Below the pieces are notes generated by a model that saw only the letters and a list, made by a program, of their open reading frames with translations, searched no databases and was not told where the DNA came from. Source: an uncultured Acidobacteriota bacterium (lineage in GTDB: Bacteria > Acidobacteriota > JAQAZP01). From it: a DNA stretch of 64,000 nucleotides. Made by a program: the position numbers and the translations under genes. Where the stretch lies: contig CAWIIB010000009.1 in assembly GCA_963836075.1 (NCBI GenBank), positions 1,152,001-1,216,000 of the forward strand, read 5' to 3'. Shown piece after piece: positions 46,003-56,088 of this stretch (position 1 is the first letter of the stretch; each line of letters begins with the position of its first letter).

Positions 46003-47952
46003 TGAGCGGGAAGAACGCGACCATCCACAGCTCTGACGGCGGCGGTCCGGCGGCAGCCTTCACCTCCAATGATAAGGTGCTGTCAGCGGCCCGCCGGATG
46101 TTCCGTGCCCGCGAATACCTCGGCAACATGGAGGCCGATTTCAGTGCCGACCAGGGCCTCCTGGAAGCCATGCGGGTGGAGGCCGTAGAGCTGACCCGCT
46201 CGTGGCACCGGTCCCTGACTCTCTCCCCGCCGGAGCAGCTCTTTGCCGGGCGCTGTCGCAAACACCGTTTCAACCGCATCGAGCGTGAGATCCTAGTCGC
46301 ACTGGTGCTGGAGAAGCTGGCCCTGGTCAAGCGCTCGGTGGCCGAGTTTGGCGAGATGCTCGACTTTCTTTGTCTGCCCGACCACCGGGTGATGAGCGCG
46401 CTGCGGGCCATGGGCGAAGAGGGGCGTCTCTTCCGCGCCGGCCTGATCGAGTACCGAGGACCCGGACGAGGACATCTGCAGCCGCAAGATGGTGGTGGAC
46501 CCGGCATTCGTGGAGGAGATGCTGGTGGGCCAGGGCGGCCGCACGGCCGGTTGGCCGGTGAAGAGTGAGGGAGAACTCTTCGACCACCTGAACACCCTGG
46601 TCCGGCTGATGTCGAAGCAGAACTCGGAGATGAGTTTTCTGCTGCGCGGCCACGGCAGCCAGGCCGACGCTTTCAAGGGCGCCCGCCTGCTTGACCGTCA
46701 GCTGCGCGACTTCCGCTGTACGGTTGATCTTCACCCGTCCTGGGCCATCGCCCAGGTAGCCGGGTCCTATAATGTGGACTTCTATCCCCAGCGGGCGATG
46801 CTGATCATCCTCCTGGCCCTGCTGGGCAAAGAGCTCGGGCATCTTGATGCCGACGACGAGCTGTTCCAGGGCGGGGGGCTGGTGCGCGCCGCTTCCCGCA
46901 AGTGTGAGGAGGTCCGTTCGCTGTTCCGGCTTTTGGAGGGCAACGGACCGCTGGTGAGCGATGGGCTGGTCCAGCCCTGCGGCGGGCCGGGCAGTCACGT
47001 GGAGGAAGGGCCCAACGGGCTGCGCGAAGTGGAGTTTGAGCTCACCGAGACCACCATCCAGGCGCTGGGCCTGGAGAAGCAGGGGATCAAGCGGCGCAAG
47101 GGCGACAGCCTGGTCCGGCAGCCGCTGGTTTCCCTGGACCAGCTGGTGCTGGGCCCCGAGATTCGCCGGTCGCTGGCGATGGCTCTTAACCACGCGGCGC
47201 ACGCCCGGACGCTGGTGGAGGACTGGGGGCTGGGTAAGACGATTCCCTACGGCCGCAGCGTCACCCTGCTCTTCTCCGGTCCGCCCGGGGTGGGCAAGAC
47301 GGCTTGCGCCGAGGCCATGGCCGGCGAGCTGGAGCAGCCGATCCTGGCCGTGGACTACTCCCAGGTGCAGAACTGTTTTGTGGGGGTCACCGAGAAAAAC
47401 ATCGTCCGCCTGTTCCGCGAGGCCAAGGCCCACAACGCGGTGCTTTTCTGGGACGAGGCCGACGCCATGTTCTACGACCGCGATTCCGCCATGCGCAACT
47501 GGGAGGTGCGCGACGTCAACGTCCTGCTGCAGGAACTCGAGCGCTTCGAGGGGGTCTGCGTGCTGGCCACCAACCGCAAGGTGAGCCTCGACCCGGCGCT
47601 CCAGCGGCGCATCACGCTGAAGGTCAATTTTGAGCGGCCGAACGGCGAGGAACGGCTGGCCATCTGGCAGCGGATGATCCCGGCCAGGATGCCGCTGGCC
47701 GACGACGTGGACCTCGACCTGCTCAGCCAGGCCGAGCTCACCGGCGGCGAGATCAAGAACGTCCTGCTCAACGCCTCCCGCCTGGCCCTGGGGCGGGGTA
47801 GCGAGGGCCCGGTGACCATGAACGACTTCAGCGCCGCGGTGCGCATGGAGAAGCAGGGGGCGTGGAAGGGCGGCGGGACGGGTGGTATGATCGGGTTCCA
47901 GACAGGAAAGCACCATGCCCCGAAACATCGAGATCAAGGCCCGGGTGGATGA
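46002..47952 (+). CDS. AAA+ ATPase with long N-terminal region (frameshift near 46455)
   Basis: ATG overlaps the upstream TGA. Walker A FSGPPGVGKT, Walker B LFWDEAD, LATNR, DPALQRRI and ELTGGEIKN. Confidence 0.88.
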
Positions 47953-48433
47953 CATGGCGGCGCTGCGCCGCCTGGTGGAGGATCTTGCCGACAGCGGGCC
48001 CGTCCTGATCCACCAGCTGGACACCTTCTTCAACTGCCCCCGCGGCCGGCTCAAGCTGCGGGTCATCGACCAGCACTCCGGCGAACTGATCTACTACCAG
48101 CGGCCCGACACGGCCGGCCCCAGCGAGTCAAACTACAAGATCTTCCCCGTGGCCGATCCGCCGGCGCTGCACGAAACCCTCCGCCGGGCTTACGGCACAC
48201 TGGGTGTGGTGGAGAAGGAACGCACCCTCTTCCTCGCCGGCCAGACCCGCATCCACCTCGACCGGGTGACCGGCCTGGGCGATTTCATGGAGCTGGAGGT
48301 GGTGCTGGAGGATGGTCAGACCTCCGGGGAAGGGGCGGCAGTGACCCGGGATCTGATGGCACGGCTGGAGATCCGACCGGACCACCTGGTGGAGCGGGCC
48401 TACCTCGATCTGCTGCAGGATCTGGAGGGCTGA
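47915..48433 (+). CDS. cyaB: CYTH-domain protein (class IV adenylate cyclase family)
   Basis: NIEIKARV (ExExK), QLDTFF, GRLKLR, VEKERTLF, RIHLDRV.GLGDFMELEVV, AYLDLL. Confidence 0.88.
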   Translation: MPRNIEIKARVDDMAALRRLVEDLADSGPVLIHQLDTFFNCPRGRLKLRVIDQHSGELIYYQRPDTAGPSESNYKIFPVADPPALHETLRRAYGTLGVVEKERTLFLAGQTRIHLDRVTGLGDFMELEVVLEDGQTSGEGAAVTRDLMARLEIRPDHLVERAYLDLLQDLEG

Positions 48434-48565
48434 ACCGCTCCCATCCCTCTTCCTTGCTTGAATACCCCCCGGCGGATCATTACACTATCCCCCTCTGATA
48501 CGGAATGCCATGTATGATGCCGGTCCGGACCCGGGCCGGGAACCCATCTTGAGGAGATGTAAACC

Positions 48566-49051
48566 GTGGATATCTTTGAATTTGGCATGCAGATGGAGCA
48601 GGACGGGGAGAAATACTACCGCGAGATCGCGGAGAAGAGTGCGGACAAGGGGATGAAGACCATCCTCACCATGCTCGCCGACTCCGAGATCAAGCACTAC
48701 AACGTACTAAAGGCGATGAAAGATCACGCCGATGCGGAATTGGCTGCGGTGACCCTGATGCCCGAGGTGAAGAACGTCTTCGCCCGGATGAAGGAAGAGA
48801 AGGGCGACCTCGACCCCGACGTGTCCCAGATGGAGATGTACAGCACGGCCCGGGACATCGAGCTGAAGAGCGAGGCCTTCTACCGCGAGCAGGCCGAGGC
48901 GGCCGAGGCGCCGGCAGCGAAGGACATCTTCGTCAAGCTGGCCAACGAGGAGAAGGAGCACGCGGTGATCCTCGGCAATATCTGCGACATGCTCGGCCGG
49001 CCCGACGTCTGGTTGGAGAATGCCGAGTGGCGTCATATGGACGAATACTGA
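48566..49051 (+). CDS. Ferritin-like/rubrerythrin-family diiron protein
   Basis: ME..GEKYY...LADSEIKH and IELKSEAFY...LANEEKEH (two ExxH motifs). GAGGAG RBS. Confidence 0.88.
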   Translation: MDIFEFGMQMEQDGEKYYREIAEKSADKGMKTILTMLADSEIKHYNVLKAMKDHADAELAAVTLMPEVKNVFARMKEEKGDLDPDVSQMEMYSTARDIELKSEAFYREQAEAAEAPAAKDIFVKLANEEKEHAVILGNICDMLGRPDVWLENAEWRHMDEY

Positions 49052-49070
49052 TTCCGCGGAGGTGTCGACG

Positions 49071-49766
49071 ATGGCAGTTCATGACCGTTTCCGAATCCCG
49101 GCCCTGCTGATGGTGCTTGCCCTGGTATTGGCGCTGGCCGCCCTGCCGGCCGAGGCCAAGGGGAAGAAGGCCCGCACCACCTATGACGAGGGGACCCTGG
49201 TGATCGACTGGTTCGAGGAAGGGGCCGACCTGGAGTTTCGCGAAACCGACCGGGTGGATTACCTCTGGGTCAGCGACAGCTTTTCGTTGAAGGATCTCGA
49301 GGAACGGAAACTGTACTTCCCCGACTGGCCCGACGTGGAGTTCGTCGGCGATGACGTGGATGAGCGGGATACCGACGACCTGAGCCTGGCCCGGCGGATG
49401 AACCGCCTGATGCCGCAGTATTTCCACGACTGCTTCGACATCGCCTGGAAGGGCCGGGTGGAGACCTCGTTCAACGACGGGGACATCCTGGTCACCGGCC
49501 GGATTACCGACTGCAGCACCGGCAACCAGGCGGCAAAGATAATCGTCGGATTCGGCGCCGGCTCCGGTTTCACCGTCATCGACCTGAAGATGGTGGACAC
49601 CCGGACGGGCGAGCTGCTGATGGCGCTGCACCACAGCGTGGTCAGCGGCAGCGAGTTGTCAACCACTGAATCGAAATTCAGCAAGTGGGTCGGCAAGCTC
49701 ACCAACGACATCGACGACGAAGGCCTGGTGTCGATGTACGAAGACGGGAAACGGCAGAAGAAGTAG
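49071..49766 (+). CDS. Exported protein, DUF4410-like
   Basis: Signal peptide; LVTGRITDCSTGNQAAKIIVGFGAGS...DLKMVD..TGE. Confidence 0.65.
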   Translation: MAVHDRFRIPALLMVLALVLALAALPAEAKGKKARTTYDEGTLVIDWFEEGADLEFRETDRVDYLWVSDSFSLKDLEERKLYFPDWPDVEFVGDDVDERDTDDLSLARRMNRLMPQYFHDCFDIAWKGRVETSFNDGDILVTGRITDCSTGNQAAKIIVGFGAGSGFTVIDLKMVDTRTGELLMALHHSVVSGSELSTTESKFSKWVGKLTNDIDDEGLVSMYEDGKRQKK

Positions 49767-49781
49767 ACGGAGATCCTGTCC

Positions 49782-50582
49782 GTGAACCAGCCCGCATCCC
49801 CATTTCCCGCCCCCGGCCTGGTGGATACCCACGCCCACCTGGGTCTGGACAAGCTCTATGGTGGCGCCGCCGGGGCGGTGCAGCGGGCCGAGGCCGCCGG
49901 GGTGGGGACCATCGTCACCATCGGTATCGACCTCGAGCAGGCCGGCCGCGCGCTGGAGATCGCCGACCGTTTCCCGCGGGTCTGGGCCGCCGTGGCTTTC
50001 CATCCCCACAACGCCAAGGATGCAAATGACCGGACCCTCGGCGAGATGGAGCGGCTGGCCGGCCACCCGCGGGTGGTGGGCTATGGCGAGATCGGCCTCG
50101 ATTTCCACTGGGACCTCTCCCCCCGCGACGTGCAGCGCGTCGTCTATCGCGACCAGATCGAGACGGCGAAAAAACTGGACAAGCCGGTGATCATCCACCT
50201 GCGAGACGCGTACGACGAGGGGCTGGGGATGCTGGAGGCTGCGGCGCCCTTTCCCCATGGGGGGGTGATCCACTGTTTCTCCGGCAGTGAGCAGGATGCA
50301 CGCCGGGCCCTCGACCTGGGGTTCTGCCTCTCCTTCCCCGGGACGGTGACCTTCAAGAACAACGACTGGCTGCGCTCCATCGTCGCCTCGCTCCCCGAGG
50401 ACCGGATCCTGCTGGAAACCGATTGCCCCTTCCTCGCTCCGGTCCCGCTGCGGGGCAAGACCAACGAGCCGGCGTTCGTGGTCCACACCGCCAGGATGGT
50501 GGCCGACATCCGCTGGTCCGGCGACCTGGCAAAAACCGCCGCCGTCACCACTGCCAACGCCTCCCGCCTCTTTGGAATCTAG
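49782..50582 (+). CDS. tatD: TatD family hydrolase/DNase
   Basis: VDTHAHL, FHPHNA, GEIGLDF, PVIIHLRDA, GVIHCFSG, LLETDCPFLAPVP.RGK.NEP. Confidence 0.95.
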   Translation: MNQPASPFPAPGLVDTHAHLGLDKLYGGAAGAVQRAEAAGVGTIVTIGIDLEQAGRALEIADRFPRVWAAVAFHPHNAKDANDRTLGEMERLAGHPRVVGYGEIGLDFHWDLSPRDVQRVVYRDQIETAKKLDKPVIIHLRDAYDEGLGMLEAAAPFPHGGVIHCFSGSEQDARRALDLGFCLSFPGTVTFKNNDWLRSIVASLPEDRILLETDCPFLAPVPLRGKTNEPAFVVHTARMVADIRWSGDLAKTAAVTTANASRLFGI

Positions 50583-50587
50583 AAAAA

Positions 50588-50908
50588 TCAGCAGTTGTCG
50601 ATGTCTTTTCGGATGGATTCCAGGCCCTTGAGCACCGTCTGGCGGAGGTTGGCCCGGTCATCGTCGCTCAGCTCCCGGTCGGGGGTTTGGCGACAGACGT
50701 TCACGGTCTTGTCGAGGGTCTTGAGGAAGGTGTCGACGCAGAAGGGGCACTTCTCCCGCAGTTCCTCCAGCTCCGTGCAGAGACCGTCCGGCAGGTCGCC
50801 GCCGATGATGTCGTGGATCGAGCTGAAGATCCGGCCGCAGTCGTGCTCGGCACCCTGGCGGTCGCGAACACCCTCGCCCTTGCACTGTTTCAGATAATCG
50901 TTCTTCAT
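50588..50908 (-). CDS. Soluble Cys-rich ZAS-like anti-sigma factor (degenerate zf-HC2)
   Basis: DC..IF..I.DII.GDL...LC.ELEELREKCPFC...L.KTV..C, no TM. Start overlaps the sigma stop (ATGA). Confidence 0.7.
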   Translation of the reverse strand: MKNDYLKQCKGEGVRDRQGAEHDCGRIFSSIHDIIGGDLPDGLCTELEELREKCPFCVDTFLKTLDKTVNVCRQTPDRELSDDDRANLRQTVLKGLESIRKDIDNC

Positions 50909-51546
50909 TTCCCGCTGCCGTTCTCATTGAAATAGCGCTCCAGGATCGCCCTCAGCTGGAGCCGGGCCCGGTGCAGCTGCACCTTCACCGTGTTCTCCTG
51001 GATGCCGAGGATGCCGGCCGTTTCCGCCGCCGAGAGCCCTTCCATATCCCTGAAGATGAACACCGCCCGGTATTTGGGCGGGATCTCCAGCAGCGCTTTC
51101 TGGATCTGTCCCTGGGCCTCCTCGCTGAGCAGTGCCTTCTCCGGAGCCGAGGACCAGTCGATGATGTTCGGCCAGCCGTTGGTGTCGCAGGTGGGCAGGT
51201 AGGCGTCCAGCTCGAGATCCACCGTAACCTCGCGGCTCCGCTTCTTCTTCTGCATCAGGCAGATATTGGTGGCGATGCGGTAGAGCCAGGAGCTGAGCGC
51301 CGACTCGTCACGCAGGGTGCCCAGGGACTGGAACGCGGTGAGGAAGGTCTCCTGGGTCAGGTCGAGGGCATCCTCGTGCCGCCCGCACATCCGAAAGCCG
51401 AAGGCGTAGATCCGTCCTTCGTAGCGGTTCATCAGCGTGGTGAACGCCTCTTCGCTGCCGGCAAGGATCCGGGCGATCAGCCGACTGTCCTCCTGGACAC
51501 CGGTCTTTTCAATATCAACAGGTGTCCCTGGGTTCTCTTGTGTCAT
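50905..51546 (-). CDS. ECF RNA polymerase sigma factor (RpoE/SigW-like)
   Basis: EDALDLTQETFL, SWLYRIATN, IPPKYRAVFIFRDMEGLS..ETA.ILG....TVKVQLHRAR. Confidence 0.95.
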   Translation of the reverse strand: MTQENPGTPVDIEKTGVQEDSRLIARILAGSEEAFTTLMNRYEGRIYAFGFRMCGRHEDALDLTQETFLTAFQSLGTLRDESALSSWLYRIATNICLMQKKKRSREVTVDLELDAYLPTCDTNGWPNIIDWSSAPEKALLSEEAQGQIQKALLEIPPKYRAVFIFRDMEGLSAAETAGILGIQENTVKVQLHRARLQLRAILERYFNENGSGK

Positions 51547-51735
51547 TACCGCTACTCAGGTTGTCCCGAGAATTGTGTCTCGCCAATGAAGCGTGAAGGA
51601 GACTATCCCCTTGAATCCTTAATGGTAATGTACCGGATCTCCGCCGTCAACGAAGGAAATCAATGGTTTACGGCAGACAAACCCCGGAGTCCTTTGGGTT
51701 CCCTTCCAGGATAATTAACTTTCCTAAGGTTTTCT

Positions 51736-51763
51736 GTAACTTTTGGGCTCTGAAATGATCTAA
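51736..51763 (+). promoter_or_regulatory. ECF (sigmaE-type) promoter upstream of the divergent secreted-protein gene
   Basis: GTAACTT, 16 nt, TCTAA. Close to the GGAACTT-N16-TCTAA/TCAAA sigmaE consensus and adjacent to an ECF gene. Confidence 0.6.
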
Positions 51764-51906
51764 TATTCTAGTTGGGCATGATCCTCTGACCCGGCTGAAG
51801 TTCAAACGACATTATTAATTAAAGTTTTTCAAAGCTACTGGAAGCTTTGGTTCCTTAACCGACGGATTAAGCAGTTCCGCAACACCCCCCCAAAGGAGAA
51901 TGGGAA

Positions 51907-53115
51907 ATGAAGAAGCTGACGATGACCCTGCTGACCGTGGCCCTGGCACTGATCGTGACCACCGCCTGGGCCCTGCCCACCGTCAACCAGGCCGCCGACG
52001 ACCTCGACCCGCGGAAGAATTTCGGCACCTGCGGCTTCACCAGCACGGAAGAGAGCTGGGAGCCCGACGCCAGCGGCACCCTGATGAAGCGGGTGACCTA
52101 CGTGTCCGAGTGTGACATGCCGGCGGCCGGCGACGAGACCATCACCATCACCACCGAGGAGTGGGATGGTGTGAGTCTGGTGACCACCGAAGTGCGCGAG
52201 GCCGTGCGCACCCTGGTTGGCGGTGTCTACTTCACCACCACCATGATCTACGACGGCAGCATGACCCTCACCGGCAAGGAAGACCACACCTACGACTACC
52301 AGGTCAGCGACCCGAGCATCTGGGCCCAGGACTGGACCTACTACAACTGGAACGGCGCCGGCTTCGACCTCGTCGGTTACACCACCAAGACGGTGGAGTG
52401 GCTCGGCGGCGAGGACATGGAAGTCACCTACATTTACTACGACACCACATTCCGTCTGGATCCCGTGATCCCCGACGACGTGCCGGTGCTCGGCAGCTCC
52501 ACTTCCAGCTCGATGCTGCCCCCGTTGGGCAAGGGCGTCGACCACATCGCCTACGAGAGCCTGGGCCGGATGTACGACCGCGTGCGCAACGCGATCATCG
52601 TCAATCCCAACACCCAGCGTGAAGGGGTCAAGATGCTGCGCTCTTCCAGCCAGCCCTTCTCCCACGGCCTCGTGCCCCCTCCGGGCGTCTACGTGGCCGG
52701 CGTGCTCAAGGGCGACCGGCTGGATGACGCCCCCGGTGTGGACGGCTTCAACGGCTTCTGGACCCGCTGGGTCCGCTTCTCCAACGACGTGGGCGGCAAC
52801 CTCACCGCGCTCTTCGGCTGGACCTCCGACCGTGACCTCAACGAGCCCACCGGCGACTGGTGGCAGGCCCGGGTGCGGCAGGACGCCGACGGCACCCTGC
52901 AGTTCATCGAGAACGCCCACCGCTCCGGCGAAGCCGAAGAGGACCACTACGACACCTATACGCTGCTCAACAGCATGTATATGATCGAATCGCAGACCGT
53001 GAAGATCTTCGACTACCATGAACTGGTTCCCGGAGACTTCTCCCAGACCACGACGGTGACCGACGGCATGGCCGCGCCGGTCTCCTTCGACCACTGGACG
53101 GTCTACTTCGACTGA
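51907..53115 (+). CDS. Secreted hypothetical protein (402 aa, Thr/Asp/Tyr-rich)
   Basis: AAGGAG RBS, signal peptide MKKLTMTLLTVALALIVTTAWA, host-like codon bias. No family recognised. Confidence 0.8.
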   Translation: MKKLTMTLLTVALALIVTTAWALPTVNQAADDLDPRKNFGTCGFTSTEESWEPDASGTLMKRVTYVSECDMPAAGDETITITTEEWDGVSLVTTEVREAVRTLVGGVYFTTTMIYDGSMTLTGKEDHTYDYQVSDPSIWAQDWTYYNWNGAGFDLVGYTTKTVEWLGGEDMEVTYIYYDTTFRLDPVIPDDVPVLGSSTSSSMLPPLGKGVDHIAYESLGRMYDRVRNAIIVNPNTQREGVKMLRSSSQPFSHGLVPPPGVYVAGVLKGDRLDDAPGVDGFNGFWTRWVRFSNDVGGNLTALFGWTSDRDLNEPTGDWWQARVRQDADGTLQFIENAHRSGEAEEDHYDTYTLLNSMYMIESQTVKIFDYHELVPGDFSQTTTVTDGMAAPVSFDHWTVYFD

Positions 53116-53140
53116 TCAGCAGTTCAGTAGATGACACCAG

Positions 53141-53182
53141 AACCGGGGGGTGCGGTAAGCTCTAATCCCCCCGGTTTTTTTT
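53141..53182 (+). terminator. Intrinsic terminator
   Basis: Stem AACCGGGGGG/CCCCCCGGTT plus a T-run. Confidence 0.75.
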
Positions 53183-53304
53183 CTCCGGTACCTCCGCCCG
53201 GTCCACCCAGGCGCCGGATTCCGCTCCGGCACAAGATCGGATAAACTGAGCGTAGTTGTCAGGTTCCCTTGTCGAGCATGGTCATGCGCGGAGGTGCAGT
53301 GAAG

Positions 53305-53625
53305 ATGAGAAAGCGGATCGTCCTGCCTGTGTGCACCGCCCTGGTGCTGCTCGCCGTCGCCTGCGGGGCCAATATCAGTAGTTACGATCCTGACTCGGAC
53401 AGCGGTGCCATCATCTACCACGAGGCCTGCGCCCGCTGTCACGACGAGGCCTGGGACGCGCCGCTGCTGCTCCGCGGCGAGGTGCGGAATCTCTCCCGCG
53501 AGAAAATCGAGGACGCGCTGGCCAACGGCCGGGACGGGATGCCCAGCTACCCGCTGATCGAGGGGGAATACCTCGACGGGCTGGTGGAGTTCGTCCTGGG
53601 CCGCAATCAGGAGAGCGGACCCTGA
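53305..53625 (+). CDS. Monoheme cytochrome c, probable lipoprotein
   Basis: Lipobox-like LLAVAC, heme motif GAIIYHEACARCH and axial Met in NGRDGMPSY. Confidence 0.88.
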   Translation: MRKRIVLPVCTALVLLAVACGANISSYDPDSDSGAIIYHEACARCHDEAWDAPLLLRGEVRNLSREKIEDALANGRDGMPSYPLIEGEYLDGLVEFVLGRNQESGP

Positions 53626-53782
53626 GCCGGCGGCGGACCCAATCATCCCTGCTCATGAGACGACTTGCACCCAGTTGCCGCAGAGGCCGGACAGTGATGC
53701 CTGCACGGTGGAGGGGATCGCACGCTGAGCCACAGGTGACGCGAGAAGCGGACAGGACACTGCTCGGCGTGCGGGTTTTCGG

Positions 53783-53992
53783 CTAGTTCGAACCCTCCGC
53801 GATCTCCTTGATGTCGGCCTGGTACGACGTGGCGAGGTTCTCGAACATCGAGATCACACGCTTGAGCAGCTCGTCCTTCTCCGCGGCGTCCGGCTCCCTG
53901 TTGTTGACGATGCAGAAGCAGGTCTTGTTGCCGTAGTAGGACGTGAGAAGGTTGGCAACGATGTTCATGATGACAAGGCGGTTCTCGTCCAT
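53783..53992 (-). CDS. Small hypothetical protein
   Basis: AAGGAGG RBS, 69 aa, overlaps the cNMP-binding gene, contains CFC. Confidence 0.65.
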   Translation of the reverse strand: MDENRLVIMNIVANLLTSYYGNKTCFCIVNNREPDAAEKDELLKRVISMFENLATSYQADIKEIAEGSN

Positions 53993-54486
53993 TTTCTTTC
54001 CTCCTTTTCGGTTTCCAGGTGCACCAGCGAGATCTGGCTGATCACGTCCTGGAGCTTCGTCATCACCTTCATGTACCGTCCGAAATAGACCAGGGCCACC
54101 TGGTTGATGATGTGGTAGCCCGCCGGGGTATTGTTCCGGAGAAGTTCGCGCAGCGGCCGGGCTTCCAGGGCCAAAACAGTGGAATCCTCCACGGCCACCG
54201 CTGTTGCCGTGTAGCGCTCCGAACCGAGCAGGGAAGCGACGCCGAACAGCTCCCCTTTTTCGACTTTGGCGATGATGAAGCTGAACTCCGGAGGCCGGGC
54301 GGGAAGCCGGAGATCGATTGCGCCGTCCAGGTTTAAAAATACATGCGACACTGCCTTCTGCCGCGTGTAGATGGTTTCGTTCTTCCTGAACCTCTTCTCG
54401 GCTGAAAACTCGCTGATCCGGCTCACCTCGTCCACAGTGAGCAATTTAAAGAGGTTGTGACCCTTCAAGACACTTCTGATTTCCAT
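53965..54486 (-). CDS. Stand-alone cyclic-nucleotide-binding (Crp-like) domain protein
   Basis: LFKLL...F..NETIY...KGELFGVASLL...YTATAVAVEDS. No HTH. Confidence 0.85.
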   Translation of the reverse strand: MEIRSVLKGHNLFKLLTVDEVSRISEFSAEKRFRKNETIYTRQKAVSHVFLNLDGAIDLRLPARPPEFSFIIAKVEKGELFGVASLLGSERYTATAVAVEDSTVLALEARPLRELLRNNTPAGYHIINQVALVYFGRYMKVMTKLQDVISQISLVHLETEKEERKWTRTALSS

Positions 54487-54718
54487 GGCCGCACTCCTCC
54501 CCTCGGTTGTAGAATGAGATTATGAAATTGGATGGGATTGTTACTCTATGATAATTAGTGTTTTCCTCGCGAAAGGTCAATGATTTTCGGGGATTATTCC
54601 CCATTCACCTCCTCCACCGGCTGAACAGAGACCCCCTCCCGGTTGTTATACTTGTTGTAAGCGCCATTATCTGTATCCCGGCGGCGGCCCGGGCCGCCAT
54701 GTTTGGAGGAATGGAGAG

Positions 54719-55945
54719 ATGTTCAAACCGACGGCCCTGGCTCTTGTTTTCACTGTGCTGGCGGCCGCGCCGGCCGTCCAGGCAATGCCCGTAGTGGAGG
54801 AACCCGCACCGGGGGTCGACTACCGGGAGATGACGGTGATCGGCAATACCCGCTTTGCCCTCGACCTCTATGTCCAGCTGAGCAGGAAGGAAGGGAACCT
54901 CTTCTTCTCGCCGTACAGCATCTCCACCGCCCTGGCCATGAGCTGGAGCGGCGCGCGGAACAACACCGAGAAAGAGATGGCCGACACGCTCCACTTTCCC
55001 ATGGGGCAGGCCAAGGTTCACCAGACCTTTGCCGGTCTCGAGAAAGGTCTGGCCGAGATTCTCGCCAGGGGCGACGTTTCGCTGACCACCGCCAACTCCA
55101 TCTGGCCCCAGGCCGGGCTCCCGCTGCTGGACGGATATGTCCAGTGCCTGAGCGAGAACTACGGGGTTGCGGCGACCCCTCTCGATTACGTCAGGGAAAC
55201 CGAGGCGGCCCGCCAAACCATCAACCGTTGGGTGGAGGAGAAGACCAGGGAGAAGATCAGGGAGCTGATCCGGCCCGGCGACCTCGATCCGTCCACGGTG
55301 ATGGTGCTGGTCAACGCCATCCACTTCAAGGGGGACTGGGCCAGCAAGTTCAAGGAGAAGAGCACCAGGCCGGCCGACTTCACCCTCCCCGACGGAACGG
55401 TGAAGCAGGTGGCCACCATGTTCCAGACCGGGAGCTTCGACGTTGGGGGCGACAAGGAGGTGGAGCTGCTGGAACTGCCGTACCAGGGCGGCGACCTGTC
55501 GATGCTGATCCTCCTGCCCCGGGACAGACAGGGTCTGCCCGCGCTGGAAAACGGCCTGACCCCCGAACGCCTGGTCACCCTGCTGGGGAGTCTGCACGAA
55601 ATGAAAGTGAGCGTCTGGCTGCCGAAGTTCAAGTTTACCTGGGGCACCACCGACCTGGTGGGGCCGCTGCAGGCGCTGGGGATGAAGGAGGCCTTCACCA
55701 GAAGTGCGGACTTCTCGGGGATGGACGGCAGCAAGGGCTACTTCATCAGCCTCGTGCTGCACAAGGCGTTCATCGAGGTCAACGAGCAGGGCAGCGAAGC
55801 GGCGGCGGCCACGGCGGTGGTCCACAAGCGGAGCATGCCGCCAAGGTTCCAGGTCAACCACCCCTTCCTCTTCCTGATCCGTGACAACGTCTCGGGCAGC
55901 ATCCTCTTTCTCGGCCGGGTGGCCGATCCGGCTGCCGCCGAATAG
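54719..55945 (+). CDS. Secreted serpin (serine protease inhibitor)
   Basis: NLFFSPYSISTALAM, INRWVEEKT..KI, LVNAIHFKGDW, LPKFK, hinge EVNEQGSEAAAATAV and FQVNHPFLFLIRD..SGSILFLGRV. Confidence 0.96.
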   Translation: MFKPTALALVFTVLAAAPAVQAMPVVEEPAPGVDYREMTVIGNTRFALDLYVQLSRKEGNLFFSPYSISTALAMSWSGARNNTEKEMADTLHFPMGQAKVHQTFAGLEKGLAEILARGDVSLTTANSIWPQAGLPLLDGYVQCLSENYGVAATPLDYVRETEAARQTINRWVEEKTREKIRELIRPGDLDPSTVMVLVNAIHFKGDWASKFKEKSTRPADFTLPDGTVKQVATMFQTGSFDVGGDKEVELLELPYQGGDLSMLILLPRDRQGLPALENGLTPERLVTLLGSLHEMKVSVWLPKFKFTWGTTDLVGPLQALGMKEAFTRSADFSGMDGSKGYFISLVLHKAFIEVNEQGSEAAAATAVVHKRSMPPRFQVNHPFLFLIRDNVSGSILFLGRVADPAAAE

Positions 55946-56088
55946 CAGATACCTGATCCCCAGGACGGTGGGGCGGGCTGCTCATTATTCAGGATTTCCC
56001 GGGTGGAACAGCCCAGTTGCGGCATGTTACACTTCCGGAAGTCAGAAAAAAGCGTTTTCACCGTACGTATCCTGGTAATAATATACAT

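Noticed and set aside
46002-47952. AAA ATPase as part of a contractile injection system (Afp15/Pvc15-like)
   Set aside because: No sheath, tube, baseplate or spike genes in the window.
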